This document shows positions 8,612-16,919 of a stretch of 64,000 nt of DNA, one piece after another. This stretch comes from a bacterium. GTDB taxonomy: Bacteria; SAR324; XYD2-FULL-50-16; G965216635. Numbering within the stretch: position 1 is the stretch's first letter; the number at the start of each line of letters is the position of its first letter. The notes under the pieces were generated by a model, which ran no database searches, was not told where the DNA came from, and saw only the letters and a program-made list of their open reading frames with translations. Both the position numbers and the translations under genes were made by a program. The stretch lies in assembly GCA_965216635.1 (NCBI GenBank), contig OZ244188.1:352001-416000 (forward strand). The letters are read 5' to 3'.

Positions 8612-10891
8612 CTAATCAGGCTGTTCATTTTTACAAAATGTCGCAACCAGTGCTGGTAAAATAACTACCGTAGAAAATAAAGCCAATAGTATTGTAAAAA
8701 AAGTAAAAAATCCAAATTTAATTAGGATAACCAAATCTGCAGAAAAAAACACCGCAAAGCCTATACAAAACAAGATAGAAGTGAAAGTGAGAGGATGGCT
8801 CAAGAGCTGGACGGAATGCTGCAGTTGACTCTTTACAGAGCCTATTCTGCTAAAACTGGCTTTCTTGTAGTGGGCTAGTAAATGAATTGTATCGTCCACA
8901 CACAACCCAAAACTAATACTGCCGATAAGAATGACTGCAAAATCAAAAGGAATACCCAAAAAAATAATTGTATTGGCTGTGACTAATACTGGAAAAATAC
9001 TAGGAATCAGCCCCAAACTGCCTAATTTCCAGCCGAATAAAATCAAAAAAATGAACCAGGTAATAGATAAAGTAATCAATATACTTAACACTTGAGTCAG
9101 CAAAACTTCTTCACTGAGGGCGTGAAAATAAATGCTAGAACCAGCCAAAGTAAAAGAAATTTCTTTAACGACAGGTAATATTTTTTTTATTTCTTGTTTT
9201 AGTTCGTTGATTTTTGTGGAGTTTAAGTTAGGTGTTTGGATATGAATTCTACCTTCTTCATAATCAAAAAGCATATGTGGGGATATAACATCGGTTTTTT
9301 TATCTCCCCTAGAAAATTCTAAAAAAAGCAATTCTTGTTCTAATTCATAACCATTTTTTGGTAGATTGTTTTTACCTTGACTTAATTCTTGATGAATCAT
9401 ACTCACAGGTTCTAGATACGATTGTACTGTATTCACATTAGGGATTTTATCCAGTTTTTTTACTACAGTGGTGATAGTTTCAAAATTAGTAAAATCTTTA
9501 AAACTTTCTCCTGTATTTTCTTTGCTTTTTTTTGCTTTAAATAGAATATCTACAACTCCCGTTCCACTCAGATACTTATCAGCAAAAAGAACGTCTTGGT
9601 ATAAAGGACTTTTTTTAGGAAAAAATACATCCAAAAAATTGGTTTCAATAAATACATTTTTTAAGTTCACCAAAAAAAAAGCGCTGCTTAAAAAAACGAG
9701 CCAAACAATTGTTTTCTTGTATTTTTGGGATAAAGAAAAAAGTATATTGATTGTTTTAAAAATAACCGTATAAAAAGTGAATTTCTTTTTTTTCCATAAA
9801 ATTCCTTGAAATACATAGAGTAGAGAAGTAGTTGCTAGCATTATCACAAAATAGCTCGCAAGTATGGAGAAAAAAGAATCTATTCCAAAATGACGAAGCG
9901 GAATAATCTCGCTAAAATAAAAACAGCCAAATCCTATTGAAGTAGTGATAGAGGTTCCTAAACAAGGCAGCCAAGTTTGTTTTACAGTCTGCCAAAGCAC
10001 TTGGTTGGGTTGTGTTCCTTGTCTACTCAAAGCATTCCAGCGGCTAACTATATGGATAGAATCTGCAGTAGCTATTACTAAAATTAGTACAGGCAAAGAT
10101 AAACCAATCACTGTCAAAGGATGTCCTTGTAATAGGGTGATATTAAAAGTCAACAGCAGACAAAGAGCGGCGGTAAAGCTAACAATAAAAAGATGAATCC
10201 AAGAGCGAAAAATAACCATAAGTAAAAAGAGCATTATTCCAAAACACAAAGGAATTAAAATTTTTAGATTTTGTTGACTTTTTAAATCCAATTGGTAGTT
10301 TAGTTGCCCTTCTCCGACAATGGCGATATCACTTAAAAGCTCTTCTTGAGCAAATAATTGTTTTATATTTTCAATAACTTGTAGTCTCCTAGAAAAATCA
10401 CTTTTATCTCTTTGCAAATCTATTTTCACTACAAAAGCAATTTTTTGAAAATCTTCAGAAATCAACCTTTTGTAGTAAAAACTTGTTACTAGTTTTTTTT
10501 TATAACTTGCTAAGTCTGGAAGAATTTTTTGTTCTAAGGCAGATTGGAAAGTAATTACGGAAAGACTGTCTTTATCAGAAAAGGCAGCGGTGGCAGATAG
10601 AGGAGTTTTTAATTCCTTGATGTGTTCTAGGGCTTCTATTTTTTCGCTGATTTTTTTTGTGCTTTCAATAGATGCGGGATGAAAAAAGGATTGATGCAAT
10701 CGGGAAATAAAAATTACATTCTCTCCCTTTTGGAATTCTTGGCTTAAGTAGTCTTTGTAGATTTCTTGGGGGTGATCTTCGTTGAACCAGTGGGAATTAT
10801 CAAAATTGATTTTTGGGATTTCGTAAAGAGCAACTCCTAAAAGAGCAATGAGTCCTAAAAGGATAATAGATTTTAATAATCTATGAAACAT
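8612..10891 (-). CDS. MMPL/RND family transporter
   Basis: Two repeats of a soluble domain plus TM bundle; IATADSIH, GLCVDDTIH motifs. Confidence 0.88.
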   Translation of the reverse strand: MFHRLLKSIILLGLIALLGVALYEIPKINFDNSHWFNEDHPQEIYKDYLSQEFQKGENVIFISRLHQSFFHPASIESTKKISEKIEALEHIKELKTPLSATAAFSDKDSLSVITFQSALEQKILPDLASYKKKLVTSFYYKRLISEDFQKIAFVVKIDLQRDKSDFSRRLQVIENIKQLFAQEELLSDIAIVGEGQLNYQLDLKSQQNLKILIPLCFGIMLFLLMVIFRSWIHLFIVSFTAALCLLLTFNITLLQGHPLTVIGLSLPVLILVIATADSIHIVSRWNALSRQGTQPNQVLWQTVKQTWLPCLGTSITTSIGFGCFYFSEIIPLRHFGIDSFFSILASYFVIMLATTSLLYVFQGILWKKKKFTFYTVIFKTINILFSLSQKYKKTIVWLVFLSSAFFLVNLKNVFIETNFLDVFFPKKSPLYQDVLFADKYLSGTGVVDILFKAKKSKENTGESFKDFTNFETITTVVKKLDKIPNVNTVQSYLEPVSMIHQELSQGKNNLPKNGYELEQELLFLEFSRGDKKTDVISPHMLFDYEEGRIHIQTPNLNSTKINELKQEIKKILPVVKEISFTLAGSSIYFHALSEEVLLTQVLSILITLSITWFIFLILFGWKLGSLGLIPSIFPVLVTANTIIFLGIPFDFAVILIGSISFGLCVDDTIHLLAHYKKASFSRIGSVKSQLQHSVQLLSHPLTFTSILFCIGFAVFFSADLVILIKFGFFTFFTILLALFSTVVILPALVATFCKNEQPD
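8624..8650. repeat. 27-bp direct repeat copy 2 (inside MMPL 3' end)
   Basis: Identical to 7895-7921. Confidence 0.9.
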
Positions 10892-10900
10892 CTAATGAGA

Positions 10901-12616
10901 TTAGAATTGATAAAGAAACCCAAAACGAACCCCAACAGAAACACCGCCGCCTTCTATTTCATAAGCGTCACCTCCAATAATATTATCAAATATGGCAAAA
11001 TCTCCTCGGTATTGAATAGCCTCAAAAGCAAAAACTGTTTTTAGGGATTCAAAAAATTCAAAATTAAAATAAAGGTTCAATCCAACACCTTGCGGCAAAA
11101 AACCAAAAGCAAAACCGCCAAATGCAGTTTTTTTGTCGTTGTAGTATTGGGTGATATTGAAAGTAGGGAAAGCAAAAGTATCGGGAAAATCTTCAGGCTG
11201 GCCGCCTCGAGCTATTTCTAATTCTGTTTCTAATCTTCTGGCTTCTTGTGCTTTGGCGTCGTAAAGAGTTTGAAAAACCCAAAGGACTAGGTTGTATTTC
11301 CACCTATCTAAATCTGCCTCCACCCCTAGTGCAGTAAAAGCTGTTTGATAATCGTAGTTAGCTTCACCGTCGTTTTCATTTTCTATCCAATCTGCCAAAT
11401 TTTCAACCTCTGTTTGAAAATTATTATAATAACTGTCATTATTACGGATTTCTCCGCTAAAGTCATCTGTTTGTAATAAAGGGAAAAAACTTTTTTCGTT
11501 TAAAATACGTGCGTGTTCAAGTTTCCAAGTCCAACGTCCTACAGGGATTGCCATTTCTATCCCAAAAACATTGTTTTCAGTATATGCTTCTCTTTCCTCA
11601 ATATAGCGATAAGTCTTCCCATCTATAGACGGATCTGTGAATTCTTTTAATCTACCTAAGACGGTGGGGTAGTCTTTAAAACCTTTGTAGTAGGTTAAAC
11701 CAATAATACCCCAGCTAGGATAAAAAAGCACACGAGCCGCTTGAACGGAATTGTCTAATGCTTCTAAGGGAGCATAATTTTGGTCTTCGTATTCTACTCC
11801 GTAAGGATACCTATTTTGTGGTTCGCTTATTTTGATAGGCTTCCTATACTGCTTAAATTCATCGGGTATGCTTTCAAATAAAGTATCTATTTTTATGGAA
11901 GGAAAATAGTAAAATTGAAATTCTACAAGATCTCCTGTATAGAAATTGAGCTGTAGTGTATTCTGTGATATTTGCTCGTCTAATTTACTAAAACTCAATC
12001 CAACGTTGCTATATTTTCTAGGGAGAGTAAAAATATCTATCGGAGAAAAAAGTTCAAACTGCCCCCAAGCGTTCAGTTTTCTACCCGCAGAAAGCAAAGC
12101 AAAACTACCTATATCTAAGTCAAAATAGGCTTCTCTAAGTTCTGTATTAAAAGTTGTGATTTTAAATTCTCTTGTTTCTTCGGTAGTTGCAGTAACATCT
12201 CTACAATCATAATATTTAGTATTAAGATTTGTGCCGTTTATAGCGGCCTCTCGCTCTATTCTGCATTCTTCTTTTAGTGTAGATTTTAACAACACTTTGT
12301 TATGAAAACCAGAACCAGTAATGAATACTTTCAGCCAATCGGTAATCTCTTGGTTGTATTTTAGTTGCCATAGATAAAAATCTCTTTTTCCGTATTCTCC
12401 AGATGCCTGAGCGGCTGCAACAGAGCCAGAAAAGTTTTTCTCTAAAAAATCAAAAAAAGGAGTGATGCTTTTTTCTTCGGTTTCTGTTTCGTCCAGTTCA
12501 AATTCTATTTCTGCTACATCTTCACTTTCTTCTATTTTCAATTCTTGAGCAGCTAAAAAAGAAACAAAAAAAAGACAAAATAATAATACTAGGAAAAATA
12601 AAATAAATTTTTTCAT
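10901..12616 (-). CDS. Secreted, probable outer-membrane beta-barrel protein (DUF1302-like position in operon)
   Basis: Signal peptide, ELREAYFD and AGRKLNAWG segments, C-terminal YQF; lies between LolA-like and MMPL genes. Confidence 0.6.
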   Translation of the reverse strand: MKKFILFFLVLLFCLFFVSFLAAQELKIEESEDVAEIEFELDETETEEKSITPFFDFLEKNFSGSVAAAQASGEYGKRDFYLWQLKYNQEITDWLKVFITGSGFHNKVLLKSTLKEECRIEREAAINGTNLNTKYYDCRDVTATTEETREFKITTFNTELREAYFDLDIGSFALLSAGRKLNAWGQFELFSPIDIFTLPRKYSNVGLSFSKLDEQISQNTLQLNFYTGDLVEFQFYYFPSIKIDTLFESIPDEFKQYRKPIKISEPQNRYPYGVEYEDQNYAPLEALDNSVQAARVLFYPSWGIIGLTYYKGFKDYPTVLGRLKEFTDPSIDGKTYRYIEEREAYTENNVFGIEMAIPVGRWTWKLEHARILNEKSFFPLLQTDDFSGEIRNNDSYYNNFQTEVENLADWIENENDGEANYDYQTAFTALGVEADLDRWKYNLVLWVFQTLYDAKAQEARRLETELEIARGGQPEDFPDTFAFPTFNITQYYNDKKTAFGGFAFGFLPQGVGLNLYFNFEFFESLKTVFAFEAIQYRGDFAIFDNIIGGDAYEIEGGGVSVGVRFGFLYQF

Positions 12617-12624
12617 AAGATATT

Positions 12625-12766
12625 GAGACCTTTGAATTAGGCATTATAGTAAAGCTAGACAAGGAGCGAAAGTTTTTTACCCAAGAGGAATACTGGAGTA
12701 TTTTGAGAAATAAAAAACTTGAGCAACGCAGTATAGCCGAACTAGAATGCCTAATTCAATAGTCTC
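12625..12766. mobile_element. Palindromic MITE-like element, 142 bp
   Basis: TIR gagacctttgaattaggcattatagt / actagaatgcctaattcaatagtctc; 5-bp TSD ATATT on both sides. Confidence 0.9.
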
Positions 12767-12772
12767 ATATTG

Positions 12773-13528
12773 TTATTGTTGGAGACCACGCAAACCAACA
12801 TCCGCATTAGACACAGAAATACCCACACGAATTTCGGAACTTGTAATCGTAGTCTGCCCTTTTGTTTCGTGGTTGTTCATTATAGATTCTGTCACTAGAT
12901 ACATTCCTTTTATTTTCTTCACCTTTTTATTGGAAAGAGTTTTAAAAAGTTTGCTTCTTCTATCGTAAAATTCAATTTTAATAGGCACAAAAATTTTCTT
13001 ATGCACTACTACCATAAGTTTAGAATAGGGGTCTTGTGAATCTTTGGGAATGCTCTCTATATAGTAATATTTATTATCTTCTTTGATAAATTGGTGTCTG
13101 TCTTTGCTCACCAATCTTCCAGCAATATCGGCTATAGAAAAATCAGAGCCCACAAAACTCTTGTTTTTTTCTTCAGTAGAAAGTCTTTTTACAGATTTAA
13201 AAGCTGGTAAATAGAGCCACTGGATTGTCTCGTCTTTTTTTTTATCAGCCGAACTCAACAAAGCCGTGTTTTTAATATTGGTAGGTCTATAAAACTTAAT
13301 CAGGCTTTTTGTTTCTTTTTTACTGACAATTTTTTTGGTGTAGTTAAAATATCTATTCCTTTGCCTATTTTTGGCGTCCAAGATTTTCATATAAACTACA
13401 GATTTCTGGGTTTTATGTATTTCCGACTGCTCAGCAACCTGTTGCATGATTTTTGTTCCTTTTGCATCAGCCCAAATGGGAAAAATTGCAAAAAATAGAA
13501 GACTAGTTGTTAGTAATAGTTTTTTCAT
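12773..13528 (-). CDS. Outer membrane lipoprotein-sorting (LolA-like) protein
   Basis: Signal peptide; QWLYLPAFKSVKRL, SFVGSDFS, KIEFYD motifs. Confidence 0.85.
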   Translation of the reverse strand: MKKLLLTTSLLFFAIFPIWADAKGTKIMQQVAEQSEIHKTQKSVVYMKILDAKNRQRNRYFNYTKKIVSKKETKSLIKFYRPTNIKNTALLSSADKKKDETIQWLYLPAFKSVKRLSTEEKNKSFVGSDFSIADIAGRLVSKDRHQFIKEDNKYYYIESIPKDSQDPYSKLMVVVHKKIFVPIKIEFYDRRSKLFKTLSNKKVKKIKGMYLVTESIMNNHETKGQTTITSSEIRVGISVSNADVGLRGLQQ

Positions 13529-13613
13529 AAGAATAAAATTAGGTTAGTAAATTTATAATAGACTTTTTTATAAAAAAATACAAGTTTTATATAAAGATCA
13601 TTGTTTTTTGACA

Positions 13614-14357
13614 CTATTGTTTTGTGAAAGGTCTGGTTAGCAAACGCCATATACTACTATCTCTATAGCCTGCTACTCCTAATTTCAATGCTTTTGTGCG
13701 TACAGTTTTACTTTTACTGGCAAAGACTCTATCCCAAACAGACAAAAATAAACCATAGTTAGAATCTGTATCGCGACGAAGTTTGTGGTGATGAATCCAA
13801 TGGAGACTGGGTGTAACGATAATTAGAGATAGTGGCTTTTCTAGCATTTTGGGTAGTTTTAAATTGGAATGATGAAAAATAGCGCAAATCAATAAAAGAG
13901 TTTCAAAGATTAAAATATCTGAGAAAGGAATAACCAAACCTATTATCAAAATCCCCCGAACTAAGACAGCAATTAAAACTTCCCCAAAATGAAATCGCAG
14001 AGCTGAGGTTGCGTCCAAATGTTCGTCTAAATGATGGATGAGATGAAACCTCCATAAAAAAGGAATGATATGATTGAATCTATGCCACCAGTAGGTCCAT
14101 AAATCTAAAATAAATAAATTGATTATGGTTTGTGTTAGGGATAAATTCCTTTCCCAAAGAACAATGTTTGTAAAAAACAAAGTGAGTGGCAGGATAATAA
14201 AATAAGAATTGATTCCGTTGATAAACCAAAGTACAAAATTGCGGATAAGTCTTTTTTGTTTTTTGTATTCTCTATAAACCAGCAGTCTTTCCACAATTAA
14301 AAAAAATACAAAGACCGAGAAAGTGACGATAGTTTTTAGCTCTAAAAATTTATCCAT
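13614..14357 (-). CDS. Sterol desaturase / fatty acid hydroxylase family protein
   Basis: His boxes YWWHRFNH, HLIHH, FHHSN, HWIHH; DSNYG, WDRVF. Confidence 0.9.
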   Translation of the reverse strand: MDKFLELKTIVTFSVFVFFLIVERLLVYREYKKQKRLIRNFVLWFINGINSYFIILPLTLFFTNIVLWERNLSLTQTIINLFILDLWTYWWHRFNHIIPFLWRFHLIHHLDEHLDATSALRFHFGEVLIAVLVRGILIIGLVIPFSDILIFETLLLICAIFHHSNLKLPKMLEKPLSLIIVTPSLHWIHHHKLRRDTDSNYGLFLSVWDRVFASKSKTVRTKALKLGVAGYRDSSIWRLLTRPFTKQ

Positions 14358-14387
14358 AATTCAGTTCTATCCCAATAATGAAACCAG

Positions 14388-15203
14388 CTATCCCTTAATG
14401 CCACCCTGAGTCAGACTGGTAATAATTTGTTTTTGGAAAAGTAAGAAAATAAAAATTACTGGTAAAACTACAATTACAGAGCCTGCCATAAGATGCCCTG
14501 AATGGATTTCCGGTTGACTTACTCTATAAAAGGCTATTCCTAATGGTAAAGTTCTTATAGATTCGCTAGAGGTTAAAATTAAGGGATAGATATACATATT
14601 CCAACTTGTCATCACACTGTGAATTATAGTGACCGCTAGAGCGGGTTTGCAGAGAGGAAAAATAATACTAAAAAATATTTTCCATTCTCCAGCTCCTTCG
14701 CTACGAGCCGATTCCTCGTAGCTAGTCGGCAAGGATAGGATGTATTGCCGTAGCAAAAAAATACCAAAAGTTTCTGCTAAAAAAGGAAATATCAAAGCAG
14801 CGTAGGTGTCATAAATACCGATTTTTCTAACTAAAATAAAAGTTGGTACCATCAATACTGCGGCGGGTATCATCAATTTTGCAAGAATTGCAGCCATTAC
14901 TATATTTTTGCCAAAAAATTTTCTGCGGGCTAAGGCGTAAGCTGCAGTAGTATCAAAAAAAATATTGCCTAATACAATAGTTCCAGACACAAAAACAGAG
15001 TTTAAAAAGTAGCGGCTAAAATTGCCTTTTGTCCAAGCGTGGATAAAGTTATCTAAAGTTAAAGTTTTAAAATCTGGAAAAATTCCTTGTAGAGTGATAA
15101 CCGAGCCTGTGGACTTAAAACTAGTGATAAACATTAACCACAAAGGTATTAAAGTAATCAAAGCAAAAAAAAGTAAAATTAGATGTAGGATAGCTTTCTT
15201 CAT
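14388..15203 (-). CDS. Carbohydrate ABC transporter permease (MalG-like)
   Basis: NSVFVS, AAYALAR, EAA-like EESARSEGA, TLPLG. Confidence 0.9.
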   Translation of the reverse strand: MKKAILHLILLFFALITLIPLWLMFITSFKSTGSVITLQGIFPDFKTLTLDNFIHAWTKGNFSRYFLNSVFVSGTIVLGNIFFDTTAAYALARRKFFGKNIVMAAILAKLMIPAAVLMVPTFILVRKIGIYDTYAALIFPFLAETFGIFLLRQYILSLPTSYEESARSEGAGEWKIFFSIIFPLCKPALAVTIIHSVMTSWNMYIYPLILTSSESIRTLPLGIAFYRVSQPEIHSGHLMAGSVIVVLPVIFIFLLFQKQIITSLTQGGIKG

Positions 15204-15205
15204 TG

Positions 15206-15255
15206 TTAAGTTTTTCTTTTAGAAATTTTCAGTTGAATTGTAGAAAAAATAACCA
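15206..15255. repeat. 50-bp direct repeat copy 1 (duplicate of 3' end of 16029-16910)
   Basis: ttaagtttttcttttagaaattttcagttgaattgtagaaaaaataacca identical to 16029-16078. Confidence 0.92.
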
Positions 15256-15273
15256 CTAATAAGTATTATTTTT

Positions 15274-15555
15274 CTATCTTTGCCTCAATAAATCATAGAC
15301 TTTTTTATCTTCTCTTTTATTGACGACGATCACAAAAATCATTTTTTGTTTATCTCTTACTTCATAAACCAATCTAAATCCTTTTTTTTGTAACTTTATT
15401 TTATAGATTGATTCATAACCTTGTAATTTATCTTTTGCTATTTTGGGATAAGTAAGTCTTTGTGCTAATTTTTTTTTCAGTAGTATTTTAATACTACTAT
15501 CTAAACTTTTCCATTCTTTAAGTGCCTTAGGATGAAATGCTAATTCATAATTCAT
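15274..15555 (-). CDS. RelE/StbE family toxin
   Basis: MNYELAFHPKALKEWKSLD, YKIKL..GFRLVYEV, VNKRE; overlaps antitoxin 3' end. Confidence 0.9.
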   Translation of the reverse strand: MNYELAFHPKALKEWKSLDSSIKILLKKKLAQRLTYPKIAKDKLQGYESIYKIKLQKKGFRLVYEVRDKQKMIFVIVVNKREDKKVYDLLRQR

Positions 15556-15796
15556 CAAGAGTAACTTTAATGGGTTCAGTATTATCATTTAGGCGACTTG
15601 TTGCTTCTTTAGATAGTAAATAATCATCAACAATGTTTAGCAAATGTTCATACTCACGGGCTGACACTAGATAGGCACTAGGCGTATTGTGATTTAAAAT
15701 AGCAATAGATTTACCCTTTGCTTGGTGGAGTAGTTTGCTAGGTGATGTTTTTAATTCACTAATACTGGCAGTATGCTCTGATAATAATCGGTGCAT
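15545..15796 (-). CDS. Phd/YefM (StbD/YafN-like) antitoxin
   Basis: ASISELK.SP, IAILNHNTPSAYLV, C-terminal IKVTLDEL. Confidence 0.9.
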   Translation of the reverse strand: MHRLLSEHTASISELKTSPSKLLHQAKGKSIAILNHNTPSAYLVSAREYEHLLNIVDDYLLSKEATSRLNDNTEPIKVTLDEL

Positions 15797-15814
15797 TTTG
15801 AAAAAAGATATTTA

Positions 15815-15854
15815 ATTAAGTACTTATTTTAATAGATTTGATAGGTAAATGCAA
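15815..15854 (-). promoter_or_regulatory. TA promoter with palindromic operator candidate
   Basis: TTGCAT-17 bp-TAAAAT on minus (15854-15826); palindrome taagtactta just downstream. Confidence 0.55.
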
Positions 15855-15872
15855 GCGTTTATTTTACTTAAA

Positions 15873-16023
15873 TAGACTTTTTAATTTGCGTTCTGTTTAG
15901 CCTATACATCGTTAAAAAAAAATTGTCCCTTGAAATACTTGAGTATTCCTGCGACCCAATTTTTTTTTGCCTTGTCTAGCCGTCACAGCTGGTTTTGTCC
16001 TATTTGGCAAATTCAAAGGTCTA
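15873..16023. mobile_element. Palindromic MITE-like element, 151 bp
   Basis: tagactttttaatttgc ... gcaaattcaaaggtcta; TSD TTAAA on both sides. Confidence 0.88.
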
Positions 16024-16028
16024 TTAAA

Positions 16029-16910
16029 TTAAGTTTTTCTTTTAGAAATTTTCAGTTGAATTGTAGAAAAAATAACCAAAATAAAAAAAATATAATAAGC
16101 AGCAGCAGAAGAATATCCCATTTTTTGTTTGTGAAAAGCAGTATTATATAGGTAGTAGACGGAGGTTTCGCTGGATCTTAAGGGTCCTCCTTTTGTCATA
16201 ATATAAACTTCTCCAAACACTTGAAAAGCCAAAATAATATTGATGATAAAAGCAACTGCAATAATGGGTTTTAGCAAAGGAATTGTGATAGAAAAGAATT
16301 GTTTAACAGCAGAGGCTCCTTCTACTTCGGAGGCTTCGTAGTATTCTTTAGGAATGTTCTGCAGACCCGCTAAAAAAATTAGGCAATAAAATCCAAAACT
16401 TGCCCAAACGCTCATCAACATAATGGAAGCAAGTGACCAATTTGGGTTTCTAAGCCAATGGATAGACTCGCCTCCAAAAAATCCTAAAATTTGATTAAAA
16501 ACTCCTTGCGGAGAATAAAGTTCTATAAAAATAGTTGCCGTTACAAAAATAGTAGTAACAACTGGCATAAAGTAGGCTGCTTGATAAAACCTTCTTGCTT
16601 TCAATTTTCGGTTTAAGATAACTGCTAAAACCAAGGCTATTATCATCGTCAAAGGAACTGTGCCTATTACAAAATAAAAACTATTTTTTAAGGCGTTGAG
16701 AAAATGGTCGTCTTCTATCAAACGAGAATAGTTTTGAAGTCCAATCCATTTAGGAGGAGTCACACCAGACGCTCTATATTTAGTAAAACTCAGATAAAAG
16801 GAATAGATAATAGGGTAAAAATGAAACAAGCAAAAAATACTCAGCCAAGGAGCTAAGAAAGAAAAGGTGTTCCAGTGGTAAGATAATTTTTGTTGTGTTT
16901 TTTGCTGCAT
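16029..16910 (-). CDS. Sugar ABC transporter permease (MalF-like)
   Basis: WIGLQNY, FLAGLQNIPKEYYEASEVEGA, MTKGGP. Confidence 0.9.
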   Translation of the reverse strand: MQQKTQQKLSYHWNTFSFLAPWLSIFCLFHFYPIIYSFYLSFTKYRASGVTPPKWIGLQNYSRLIEDDHFLNALKNSFYFVIGTVPLTMIIALVLAVILNRKLKARRFYQAAYFMPVVTTIFVTATIFIELYSPQGVFNQILGFFGGESIHWLRNPNWSLASIMLMSVWASFGFYCLIFLAGLQNIPKEYYEASEVEGASAVKQFFSITIPLLKPIIAVAFIINIILAFQVFGEVYIMTKGGPLRSSETSVYYLYNTAFHKQKMGYSSAAAYYIFFILVIFSTIQLKISKRKT

Positions 16911-16919
16911 TTTTTTTTT

